A DNA stretch of 64,000 bases, from assembly GCA_026415215.1 (NCBI GenBank), contig JAOAHN010000113.1:45337-109336 (forward strand), written 5' to 3'. This document shows, piece by piece, positions 29,256 through 37,893 of this stretch; positions within the stretch are counted from its first letter, which is position 1, and every line of letters begins with the position of its first letter. Below the pieces are notes generated by a model. That model did not search any database. It was not told the origin of the DNA and worked only from the letters and a program-made list of their open reading frames with translations. This DNA comes from Candidatus Hydrogenedentota bacterium (GTDB taxonomy: Bacteria > Hydrogenedentota > Hydrogenedentia > Hydrogenedentales > Hydrogenedentaceae). The translations under genes and the position numbers were made by a program.

Positions 29256-30317
29256 TTAATAAAACTTTTTCATATCATCAAGAGTAAGAGGCTTATAGTC
29301 TCCCGCATGCCCCGCCTGACCAAATGCTATCATCTTCTTTACACATAGATTCTTCATGGCTTCTCGCGCAGGCCTTAGATAATCCCGAGGATCATACTTA
29401 GTAGGATTCTCCTTCAAATACTTCCTTATCGCACCTGTCATTGCTAACCAAATGTCTGTATTTATATTTATCTTTCTCACCCCATATTTAATCGCCTCTT
29501 GGATTTTTTCTATAGGGAACCCGGATATACCTCTAAGTTCACCACCACATTCCTCAATCATGTCCCCCAATTCTTTAGGAACGGAACTTCCTCCACACAA
29601 TACTAAAGGAATCTCCGGCATATTCAAATGTATATTATTCCTCGTATCTATAGCCATTATGTGTGGCAAAGCATCGTATTTAACAGGAGACTTTGGTTTA
29701 ACACTAAAAGCCCAGGACCTTATATCTATATCAACAGTCAATGCATCAACACCTGTCTCTTTAACAAATTCCTCCGCTTCTCTTGGATTAGTAAAAAACG
29801 GACTGTATGTCATCCCCTCTTCATAACCGATCCCATCCTCGATACTATGTAAATATCCAATTTTCCCTTCTACTGTTACCCCATGCTTATGAGCTTCCTT
29901 CACTACATTCTTCGTTATTTCCACATTCTCATCAAAAGTTCTTGGGACTAGTTCTTTCTTCTTCTTTCCACCTTTCTTAACTACCACACACTTCAAAGAA
30001 CCATCTATCGAAACTGAAGTAAAACCCAAATCTATTGCTTTCATACAAGTTTTTAAACTATCCCCGTGGTCCAAATGCCATGCAACAGGAATATGAGGAT
30101 ATTCTTCTATTGCTGCTTCTACCATTTTTTTCAAATATATCGTCCTACTGTATTGCAAGGCTCCTCTACTTGCTTGGATTATTACAGGACTATTAGTCTC
30201 ATTCGCCGCTTCCATTACCGCTTGAATTTGTTCCATATTGTTTACATTAAAAGCACCCACGCCATAGCCACCTTTCATAGCTTCATCAAGTATCTGTTTC
30301 ATAGGGACTAACGGCAT
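29256..30317 (-). CDS. class II fructose-bisphosphate aldolase paralog with substituted metal-ligand residues
   Basis: 353 aa, about 75% identical to the neighbouring fba at the N- and C-termini. The middle region is divergent: GTSHGAF becomes DIRSWAF and MHGSS becomes LCGGS. Confidence 0.7.
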   Translation of the reverse strand: MPLVPMKQILDEAMKGGYGVGAFNVNNMEQIQAVMEAANETNSPVIIQASRGALQYSRTIYLKKMVEAAIEEYPHIPVAWHLDHGDSLKTCMKAIDLGFTSVSIDGSLKCVVVKKGGKKKKELVPRTFDENVEITKNVVKEAHKHGVTVEGKIGYLHSIEDGIGYEEGMTYSPFFTNPREAEEFVKETGVDALTVDIDIRSWAFSVKPKSPVKYDALPHIMAIDTRNNIHLNMPEIPLVLCGGSSVPKELGDMIEECGGELRGISGFPIEKIQEAIKYGVRKININTDIWLAMTGAIRKYLKENPTKYDPRDYLRPAREAMKNLCVKKMIAFGQAGHAGDYKPLTLDDMKKFY

Positions 30318-30362
30318 ATTCTTAATCCCTCAACAAGTTTCTATATAATGTAAAGATTCTTT

Positions 30363-31037
30363 TTATGTCATCTGAAAATTTTTTGGATATATATCCAGTG
30401 GACATCCTTCACACTTAGGTCGTTTCCTACAAAATTGTTTCCCTGTCCATACTATTAACCCGTGGTATTCTTTGTAAACTTGAACATCTTCAGTAACATT
30501 CTTGTGAAATATTTTCTGAATCTCTCCATATTTCATCATACCATTAATTAGCCCATGGCGAGAAAAAATTCGTCTTGTATATGCGTCCACAACAAATATA
30601 GGATGTCCACAAGCATAAAGCAGTATATCGTCCGCAGTTTCTTCTCCAATTCCCTTTATGGAAAGAAGCTCCTTTCTCAACTCGACTGTATCTTTCTTGC
30701 TCATTAACTCAATCTTGCCTGCATAATTCTCAACTAAATACCTACAAAATATAATAAGTCTTTCTGCCTTCTGTCTGAAATATCCTGAAGGTCTTATAGC
30801 CTCCTCCAATACATCCCTCTTACATGACAATATCCCAAAAGGTGTCAGAATATTTGACCTTTTTAAATTTTCTATTGCCCTCTCAACATTACTCCAAGCG
30901 GTATTTTGAGTTAAAATAGCACCAACTGCAATCTCAAATGGAGTATCACCTGGCCACCATCCCGTGGGTCCATAATACCTAAGCAGAGTCTTGTACACCT
31001 CCATAAAACTTGGTTTTCTGAGTACTGAACGGGGCAT
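30363..31037 (-). CDS. endonuclease III-like HhH-GPD DNA glycosylase family protein
   Basis: HhH-GPD core (GAILTQNTAW...) and a C-terminal Cys cluster (CRKRPKCEGCPL) typical of the [4Fe-4S] loop. Confidence 0.6.
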   Translation of the reverse strand: MPRSVLRKPSFMEVYKTLLRYYGPTGWWPGDTPFEIAVGAILTQNTAWSNVERAIENLKRSNILTPFGILSCKRDVLEEAIRPSGYFRQKAERLIIFCRYLVENYAGKIELMSKKDTVELRKELLSIKGIGEETADDILLYACGHPIFVVDAYTRRIFSRHGLINGMMKYGEIQKIFHKNVTEDVQVYKEYHGLIVWTGKQFCRKRPKCEGCPLDIYPKNFQMT

Positions 31038-31052
31038 AGCACTACAATGACT

Positions 31053-31940
31053 TTATAAACTATCTACTACTTTTCTAATTGCTCTTATATGCTCATAAGT
31101 CGTGCCACAGCATCCACCTATGATTCTTGCTCCATGTTCTATATACTTCGGCACATAGGTTTTAAAGACCTCAGGAGTTTCGGGATATTTTATTCCCTCC
31201 TCCGTGTAATGAGGCTGACCAGCGTTAGGATATACAAGGTAGGAAATATTCTTCTCAGATTGATAATATTCAGAAATAACCCCGCATATATCTTCCGCAC
31301 CCAAACTACAGTTTGCACCGATTATTTTAACATCCATCCCTCCAAATTCTGAAATTACCTGCGAAGGAGTTACACCCATCATAGTAAAATAATTATGTCC
31401 ATCCGCACTTTTGGAAAATGTAAAGCTCAATACAACCTCTAACTCTGTATTTTCCTGGACAGCTCTCAAAGCACATTTTGCCTCTTCTAAATCTGACATC
31501 GTCTCAATTATGCAAGCATCTGCACCCCCTTCTTCTAATGCCATTGCTTGCTCCTTAAAGGATTCATATAACTCATCCATTGATACTTCACCCATCATTA
31601 CTAACTTCCCACAAGGACCGATAGATGCTAAGACATGAGTTTCGTCACCAACAGCACTCCTCGATAAATAAGATGACACTCTATTTATCTCCTTTGCCTT
31701 GTCTTCCAAGCCATACATCTTTAACTTTATCCTATTCCCACCAAAAGTGTTAGTAGAGACTATATCTGCCCCTGCATCTTTATATTTAGCAGCTATTTCT
31801 CTGATTTTCTCTGGCTTAGTAATACTCCATAGCTCTGGACATTCCCCAGGCTGTAAACCTGCTTGGATTAATAAAGTACCCCAAGCTCCATCTCCTACCA
31901 ATATTTCACCCTTCTTAATCCTCGAATATATTTTATCCAT
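31053..31940 (-). CDS. homocysteine S-methyltransferase domain protein (MetH N-terminal-module-like)
   Basis: 295 aa carrying Pfam S-methyl_trans-type motifs, including the Zn-binding GGCCGTT near the C-terminus. No pterin-binding domain is present. Confidence 0.7.
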   Translation of the reverse strand: MDKIYSRIKKGEILVGDGAWGTLLIQAGLQPGECPELWSITKPEKIREIAAKYKDAGADIVSTNTFGGNRIKLKMYGLEDKAKEINRVSSYLSRSAVGDETHVLASIGPCGKLVMMGEVSMDELYESFKEQAMALEEGGADACIIETMSDLEEAKCALRAVQENTELEVVLSFTFSKSADGHNYFTMMGVTPSQVISEFGGMDVKIIGANCSLGAEDICGVISEYYQSEKNISYLVYPNAGQPHYTEEGIKYPETPEVFKTYVPKYIEHGARIIGGCCGTTYEHIRAIRKVVDSL

Positions 31941-31976
31941 CCTTTTACCTTTTTACTGAAAACGATAGAAGTTTCA

Positions 31977-32795
31977 TTACCGCTCTGATATCAACTTTCT
32001 CCATGTATTTCGAGTGAGAAAACTATCGTAAGCATATTCCTCAATCTCGAGAAAAAATTCCCAAGGAAAGGCTAATGTAAAATAGTAATCCCCAATCTGT
32101 TTTTTTACATTCAGCCGTGCAGAAATATCAGTAAGCCCTATTATCGCTTTATGGAAATCCTCACCCTCTTTAGTATAAGCCCATATACCTATTGTCTGAC
32201 ACCCAGCTGAGAAGGGTGCAAAAACTCTACACTTACCATCACCATTATAATGCGACAAGACTATTAAACTCGCTAATTGATGAGGCTCCACAAGAAACAC
32301 CACCACCTTAGGTCTTTCTTCATTCGACTCAACTTTAGACAAAGGTTTGAAGACTACATACCTTGAAGGTATTTCTACTATTGGTAAATTCTCGATGAAC
32401 ATTTTCACATTCTTTGGAGAAGCTAAATACCTTTCCCCCTCCAAAAAATCATCTAAAAATTCAGGAGTTACATAAGGCTTTAAATTCTGTACTACTTCCT
32501 GACCTACTACATCATCAGCATTACCCGAAGAGAGAAAATTGCAAAAGCATTCTACACCTCCTGGGAACTCGCTATATAAATTTCCAAAACCTAATCCTAC
32601 TCCACCTCCCCAACATCCATAAGTCTCGCGAGAAAAAACAGCTGTTTTACCTTTCGCCGAACTTATAAACAACCACATTACGCATCCCCATTTTCCTTGC
32701 TTAAACTCAATTGCATTCAGAGGCTTCTCATCACTCCAAATTACCGCCACAGGTTCGTATTTTAATCTAAGTAACTTTTTTAACTCACATTCCAT
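31977..32795 (-). CDS. DUF169-like protein of unknown function
   Basis: 272 aa with an N-terminal KYEPVAVIW and a Gly/Cys-rich segment (GCWGGGVGLGFG) reminiscent of COG2043/DUF169. The assignment is from memory only. Confidence 0.4.
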   Translation of the reverse strand: MECELKKLLRLKYEPVAVIWSDEKPLNAIEFKQGKWGCVMWLFISSAKGKTAVFSRETYGCWGGGVGLGFGNLYSEFPGGVECFCNFLSSGNADDVVGQEVVQNLKPYVTPEFLDDFLEGERYLASPKNVKMFIENLPIVEIPSRYVVFKPLSKVESNEERPKVVVFLVEPHQLASLIVLSHYNGDGKCRVFAPFSAGCQTIGIWAYTKEGEDFHKAIIGLTDISARLNVKKQIGDYYFTLAFPWEFFLEIEEYAYDSFLTRNTWRKLISER

Positions 32796-32810
32796 TTAAA
32801 AACCTAAAAA

Positions 32811-33491
32811 TTAATTTCTACTTAAGTTGAGTTTTTCATCCAAATACTCAATGCAAGCCTGGGGATCGGGACAATATTTGTCTGCTCCAATCTTATCACA
32901 GAAATCTTGGGTAAGAGGCGCCCCTCCTACAACTATGATTATATTGGGATTCTCATCTTTTAGAACCTTTACCGCCCTCCCCATATTTATCATAGTGGTT
33001 GTGAGAAGAGCACTCATTCCTACTACTGCACCAGGATTCTCTTTAACTGCCTGTAAGAATTTTTCCGGCGGAGTGTCTACACCCAGGTCTATAACTTTCC
33101 AGCCCACTCCCTCCATCATCATCCTAACAAGATTTTTGCCTATGTCGTGAAGGTCACCTTGAACAGTTCCTATTATAAAAACTCCCTTATGTTTAGTCTC
33201 TCCTGTTTCAAAAGCCGACTTAAGATATGGCATGGCAATGTTCATTGCTCGGGCAGACATTAACACATCAGGCACAAATACCTCGTTTTTACTAAATTTT
33301 TTTCCTATTACACTCATCCCCCGCATTAATCCTTCCTCCAGAATCTTACCCGCTGGTATACCCATTGCTAACGCCTGTTGAACAAGTTCCTCCACTCCAT
33401 CCTCACCTAACATATCTTTTGGATATGGGGAATTTTTATTTATTTTTCCCCTCTCAACACACATTGCTATTCGACTAATTAGATTTTCCAT
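32811..33491 (-). CDS. cobalamin-binding corrinoid protein (B12-binding cap plus Rossmann domain)
   Basis: DxHxxG motif (GDLHDIGKN) followed by SxL/GG elements (GMSALLTTTM...VGGAP) across 226 aa. This is the MtaC/MetH-B12 module architecture. Confidence 0.75.
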   Translation of the reverse strand: MENLISRIAMCVERGKINKNSPYPKDMLGEDGVEELVQQALAMGIPAGKILEEGLMRGMSVIGKKFSKNEVFVPDVLMSARAMNIAMPYLKSAFETGETKHKGVFIIGTVQGDLHDIGKNLVRMMMEGVGWKVIDLGVDTPPEKFLQAVKENPGAVVGMSALLTTTMINMGRAVKVLKDENPNIIIVVGGAPLTQDFCDKIGADKYCPDPQACIEYLDEKLNLSRN

Positions 33492-33539
33492 ATACCTTCT
33501 CTCCTCTCGTTGGAAAATTTATTCTTAATCTAAAATAAT

Positions 33540-33869
33540 TTACGATATTCTTTTCCAATTATGCCCACCTCCATTTTTGCACGGGCACCCTCCATAAGGC
33601 ATATCTTTTGACTTAACAACCAGTCCACATTTACTACACTGATACAACCTATTTCCCACTTCTCCCAAACATCTCCAGTTATGACCACCCCCTCCTGGAC
33701 AACTACCAGCAAAAGGTTTGTCCTCAGACTCTACATGAGTGTGACACTTAGGACAATAATAGTTTTTTAATTTTAGCAATTGAGTATAACCTGGTCCATT
33801 TAGTACGAATAGACTAACTACCAAGATTAGTATAGTACATACTATAAAGGTTTTTGCTCTCATAAACAT
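33540..33869 (-). CDS. small exported Cys-rich protein with an internally duplicated zinc-ribbon-like GGGHNW motif
   Basis: 109 aa with an N-terminal hydrophobic signal/anchor and two ~32-aa repeats: CPKCHTHV...CPGGGGHNW and CSKCGLVV...CPCKNGGGHNW. Confidence 0.5.
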   Translation of the reverse strand: MFMRAKTFIVCTILILVVSLFVLNGPGYTQLLKLKNYYCPKCHTHVESEDKPFAGSCPGGGGHNWRCLGEVGNRLYQCSKCGLVVKSKDMPYGGCPCKNGGGHNWKRIS

Positions 33870-33967
33870 TCTCCATAACCTAAATAGATTTTACAAAAAT
33901 TTGAACAGAGACAAAAAATAATACTAATGATATAATTTTTCAAACTCAAAATGATGTCCTATAAAAA

Positions 33968-35155
33968 ATGTCAATAAGTAATATACCTCAGAAAGTCCCT
34001 TTAAAAACTATTTGTTATGAATTCATAAAAATTGGCTCCATTGGATTCGGAGGTGGATTAGCAATAATAGGTATCATTCATGATTCCTTTGTTGAGAGAA
34101 AAAAAATAATTTCTGAAGAAGAATTTCTTTCAGGAACTGCTATCAGCCAATTCATTGGAGCCTTTGCAGTAAACACTGCCTACTTTGTAGGGAGAAAAGC
34201 AAGGAGTATCACCGGGGGTATATTAGCAGTTATTTCATTCTTATCGCCATCCCTAATAACAGTAATACTTTTGTCTGTGGCATATACACATTATAAAAGA
34301 GATTTCCAAGCAAAATATATACTTGAGAGTATTATCCCTGTAATTATTTCCATCCTACTTATCACGAGTTACAAGTTTCTCAGAAACTACAAGAACAAAC
34401 TTTTAACATCAATACCTACCGCTATATTACTCATACCTATCGTTATCTTAACCGATAGCTACATCACATCTATATTTGCTGGAGGAATAACATATTCTTT
34501 CTTAAATTCCACAATCACCAAATATAAACTTAGTGATACATCATCAAAAGGCTTAAGAATCTCTACCTCGCCATTATTAACATTCTTACTCCCGTTCTGT
34601 TCTGAAAGACTGCACTCATGGCTTACTACACCTTCAATATTAAAATTATCATTCCTATCACTTGGAATAGGCACAATTTTTTTTGGTGGGGGCTACGCTC
34701 TTATTCCTTTACTCCAACAGATTATGGTTGAAAAACTCCACTGGATATCAAACGAGGATTTTTTCTTAGGAATGGCGATAAGCCAAATCACACCTGGTCC
34801 CCTCGCAATAATAATAACATTCTTAGGATTTCATCTATTTGGAATACCTGGAGCATTAATTTCCACTGTACTTATTTTTACTCCATCCATAATTATCATG
34901 GAATTACTTATAAAGTTTTATGAGAAAGCACAAAAACAATATTGGTTAAGGAATTTCATTGAAGGAGTAAGTCTAACGGTAGGATTTTTAATATTACACC
35001 TTTGTGCAGAACTTAGCAATGAATTTCTTATGCCTTTATCCGTATTTAAAGTGACTTCGTTTATCTTATCACTTACATTATTACTCCTAAGAATTCCTCC
35101 TTTTTTTGTAATTTTAGGGAGCTTGCTTTTAGGGATCTTCACAAACTACTTTTAA
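33968..35155 (+). CDS. chrA: chromate transporter ChrA family
   Basis: Two homologous halves, each with the FGGG motif (GSIGFGGGLAIIGII; GTIFFGGGYALIPLL), and about 12 TM helices. Confidence 0.8.
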   Translation: MSISNIPQKVPLKTICYEFIKIGSIGFGGGLAIIGIIHDSFVERKKIISEEEFLSGTAISQFIGAFAVNTAYFVGRKARSITGGILAVISFLSPSLITVILLSVAYTHYKRDFQAKYILESIIPVIISILLITSYKFLRNYKNKLLTSIPTAILLIPIVILTDSYITSIFAGGITYSFLNSTITKYKLSDTSSKGLRISTSPLLTFLLPFCSERLHSWLTTPSILKLSFLSLGIGTIFFGGGYALIPLLQQIMVEKLHWISNEDFFLGMAISQITPGPLAIIITFLGFHLFGIPGALISTVLIFTPSIIIMELLIKFYEKAQKQYWLRNFIEGVSLTVGFLILHLCAELSNEFLMPLSVFKVTSFILSLTLLLLRIPPFFVILGSLLLGIFTNYF

Positions 35156-35160
35156 ACAAA

Positions 35161-36651
35161 CTATTTCAATATCTTCCTTCCTTCAGAGGATTTGATTCCC
35201 GCAACAATTCTTTCAAAGGCCTCTTCGTTAGTGCAAGCACTAATTGCCTCTTCTTTAGTTACAAGTCCTTTTTGATAGAGCTCAACCGCATACTGATCAA
35301 AACTCTTCATATCACCATCTACTTCGATGATACCACGGAGCTTATCTAAGTCCCCTTCGAGTATCGCATCCCTCACAATAGGCTTACCTCCGAGCAAAAT
35401 CTCAAGACACGGGATTCGACCCCCACCGATTCTCTTTAGAAGCCTTTGACAAACTACTCCTTGGAGAGAATATGCAAGTTCCTGACGGATTAAATCTCTC
35501 TCATTCTGAGGGAAATAGCTTATTATTCTGTTGATTGTATCTACCGCTGTAGTAGTATGAAGGGTGCTGAAAACCAAGTGACCAGTCTCCGCAGCACTGA
35601 GTGCCGCTCTTATTGTCTCCCTATCACGCATCTCACCAACAAGCACTACATCCGGATCTTCACGAAGTGCACCCCTCAACGCATTTGCAAAAGACATTGT
35701 ATCTCTTCCTACCTGACGCTGGGAAATTATACTCTTCTTGTCGGTATACACATACTCAATTGGATCCTCAATAGTTATAATGTGCGCCGCACGGGTTGCA
35801 TTAATGTAGTCAACCATCGCGGCGAGTGTAGTAGTTTTACCACTACCTGTGATTCCACACACAAGAAACAGTCCTCTCGGTTTATTACAGACATCCCTTA
35901 CTGTCTCCGGTATATTTAACTTCTCAAACGGCAAAGGTTCCTCCGGAATAAGTCGAATAGCAAGAGCCGGAGCACCCGTTTTTATATATGCACTGCACCT
36001 TAAGTAGCCAATTCCTGCTGCATGATACTGAAAACTTGTCTCACGCTCAGTAAACAACATATCCTCTTGTTCTTGTCCACCCAATTGATACAAAATTTCC
36101 CGCATGTCCTCAGCATTAAGTACTGGGAGATCCAAGGGTTCAAGGTCATTGTCTACCCTTATATAAGGCCTCGCACCTGCTCGCAGGTGCAAATCAGATG
36201 CATTACGAGATTTCATTATTTCTATCATTAAATTTATATTAAAACCAGTATTCACATAGGAAAGTACCTCTAATTTCCATGTCCGGGAGCGTAATGAATG
36301 CTTACAAAACTTCTCAACTACTACATCTAATGGCATCAGTAAAGGTAGTTGTTTCCAGTTAAAACCCGGGACTAATACCTTCGTCTTGCCATCCTCACTC
36401 TTTACTCTTACACCAAGTCTCGTTTCTTCAAATGCTTTTATAATTTCCTGCTGATTTGCAGAATCCTTATGACAAAAAACTATCTGCATTGTATCCACTT
36501 TCTTGCTTAAATCCGTTGATTTAGCAAAAATGACACAGTCATCATTCTCAATCTTGACTTCAGAAGGAACACCCGTAGCCCGAATTACCTCATGCAAACC
36601 TATTTTTAGAACATCCATAATTGTGGACTTTGATTGACTACCAATATACAT
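35161..36651 (-). CDS. PilT-family type IV pilus retraction-type ATPase with N-terminal extension
   Basis: Walker A GITGSGKTTT, PilT N-domain ASDLHLRAGARP and GSP_E core. The ORF-track start at 36789 adds 46 AT-rich-looking residues, so the start was called at MYIG (36651). About 130 aa of non-PilT sequence still precedes the PilT N-domain. Confidence 0.7.
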   Translation of the reverse strand: MYIGSQSKSTIMDVLKIGLHEVIRATGVPSEVKIENDDCVIFAKSTDLSKKVDTMQIVFCHKDSANQQEIIKAFEETRLGVRVKSEDGKTKVLVPGFNWKQLPLLMPLDVVVEKFCKHSLRSRTWKLEVLSYVNTGFNINLMIEIMKSRNASDLHLRAGARPYIRVDNDLEPLDLPVLNAEDMREILYQLGGQEQEDMLFTERETSFQYHAAGIGYLRCSAYIKTGAPALAIRLIPEEPLPFEKLNIPETVRDVCNKPRGLFLVCGITGSGKTTTLAAMVDYINATRAAHIITIEDPIEYVYTDKKSIISQRQVGRDTMSFANALRGALREDPDVVLVGEMRDRETIRAALSAAETGHLVFSTLHTTTAVDTINRIISYFPQNERDLIRQELAYSLQGVVCQRLLKRIGGGRIPCLEILLGGKPIVRDAILEGDLDKLRGIIEVDGDMKSFDQYAVELYQKGLVTKEEAISACTNEEAFERIVAGIKSSEGRKILK

Positions 36652-36772
36652 AAGCCAATTCCTTATTAGTACGATTTTACTGTGATAAATTATATAAAAA
36701 CAATAATTAAATTGGAAGGATTTTAACAAATTTATACATATTAAAACAATATAAATTGCGAAAAAATAGATT

Positions 36773-37861
36773 TTAAAAATGCTCCACAAAAGAACGAAAA
36801 TACGATTCTGCTACCCCATCGTCTATAATTCCAATTTCTAATTCAAATGTCCGGATTTCGCCAGGATATAGGTAATCCATTTCCCCTCTTCTCTCTGTTT
36901 CATCCCTACCCAAAACACCAGCATTCGAAGGTTCAAGCCCTATTACATATTCTCCTACGCCAAGCATTTTCCATTGCACAAGTTTAGGCAATTTTTTAGG
37001 ACTATACTTCACATAGACTCCATGAAAATTCCTCTCTATCTCCTCCGTTGTATGAGATTGGTATATACCAATAATGGTCTCATCCAAGGAATTGTCTAAT
37101 GTATGAAAATACACTCTCTCAGAATATCCCTCCGCAGGTGGTGTTATCTCATACCAGGGATCAGGTGCCATACTACCTACTTCATCTCTCGGAACAGTCT
37201 TAATCGCAGGTATACACACTTTCGCATTCTCCGACACTACAGGCCATCCTATATTAATATGGTAAAGTATCATAAAGGGCGACTTCCTAAAGCCATCATT
37301 TACGACTTTGTCCCTAATCCATATAGCATTTGCTCCAAGGTAAGTCTTAATTTCCCTCTCTAAAACTAAATTTTCCATAAAAAGTGCGGATTGTCTCATT
37401 TTACCGCGTAGAACAAGTTCATATCTCTCATTAACCCACCGTTTCTCAATACAAACATCCTCCCCAGGAGTATTACTAATTCTACCGGGTAATCCGTCTC
37501 CATTTAGTTCACTCTTTTCGCAAGGAGGTCCTACATTTGTAAGTCCACAAGTAGTCAACAAACCGCCAAAATAACTCCTTAGCCATCTAATCCCTTCAGG
37601 TTCATAATAGAAAGGCGCTACATCGCCAGGCGTGGATCTCCATCCTAACGGTATGCCTTTATACCTCGCATGTGATATATCCATACATCTATCTAAGTAA
37701 ACGGTAAATTCCAGTCCACTACCTGTGTACACAGAGGCACATCTTGAACCCCAAGCTTTTCCATCTTGTAGAACATAACTTTGAATACCTGCCAGCTGGT
37801 CCAACCTGCCTACATACCTCTTTAATTCTCTTTCGGAAATATTTAACCAATGATTACTCAT
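36773..37861 (-). CDS. DUF4432 / aldose-1-epimerase-like fold protein
   Basis: 362 aa, beta-rich, with weak resemblance to DUF4432 mutarotase-like proteins. It is co-oriented with the downstream Zn-ADH. Confidence 0.35.
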   Translation of the reverse strand: MSNHWLNISERELKRYVGRLDQLAGIQSYVLQDGKAWGSRCASVYTGSGLEFTVYLDRCMDISHARYKGIPLGWRSTPGDVAPFYYEPEGIRWLRSYFGGLLTTCGLTNVGPPCEKSELNGDGLPGRISNTPGEDVCIEKRWVNERYELVLRGKMRQSALFMENLVLEREIKTYLGANAIWIRDKVVNDGFRKSPFMILYHINIGWPVVSENAKVCIPAIKTVPRDEVGSMAPDPWYEITPPAEGYSERVYFHTLDNSLDETIIGIYQSHTTEEIERNFHGVYVKYSPKKLPKLVQWKMLGVGEYVIGLEPSNAGVLGRDETERRGEMDYLYPGEIRTFELEIGIIDDGVAESYFRSFVEHF

Positions 37862-37893
37862 AGTTCCTATACCTTCAAATTAGAATATTTACT

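Noticed and set aside
29452-30311. Three ORFs (124, 74, 81 aa) antisense within the second aldolase paralog
   Set aside because: They are shadow ORFs of the aldolase frame. The sense-strand product has strong, full-length similarity to its neighbour.
33530-33712. 60-aa ORF overlapping the Cys-rich small protein gene
   Set aside because: It occupies a different frame of the same strand region with no motifs. The 109-aa Cys-rich frame has an internal repeat structure that a shadow frame would not produce.
36652-36789. First 46 codons of the tracked PilT-like ORF (MWSIFKIYFFAIYIVLICINLL...)
   Set aside because: The translation is Ile/Phe/Tyr/Asn-rich, as expected from AT-rich non-coding DNA read in frame. 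A downstream Met (MYIG, 36651) begins protein-like sequence, so the start was moved.
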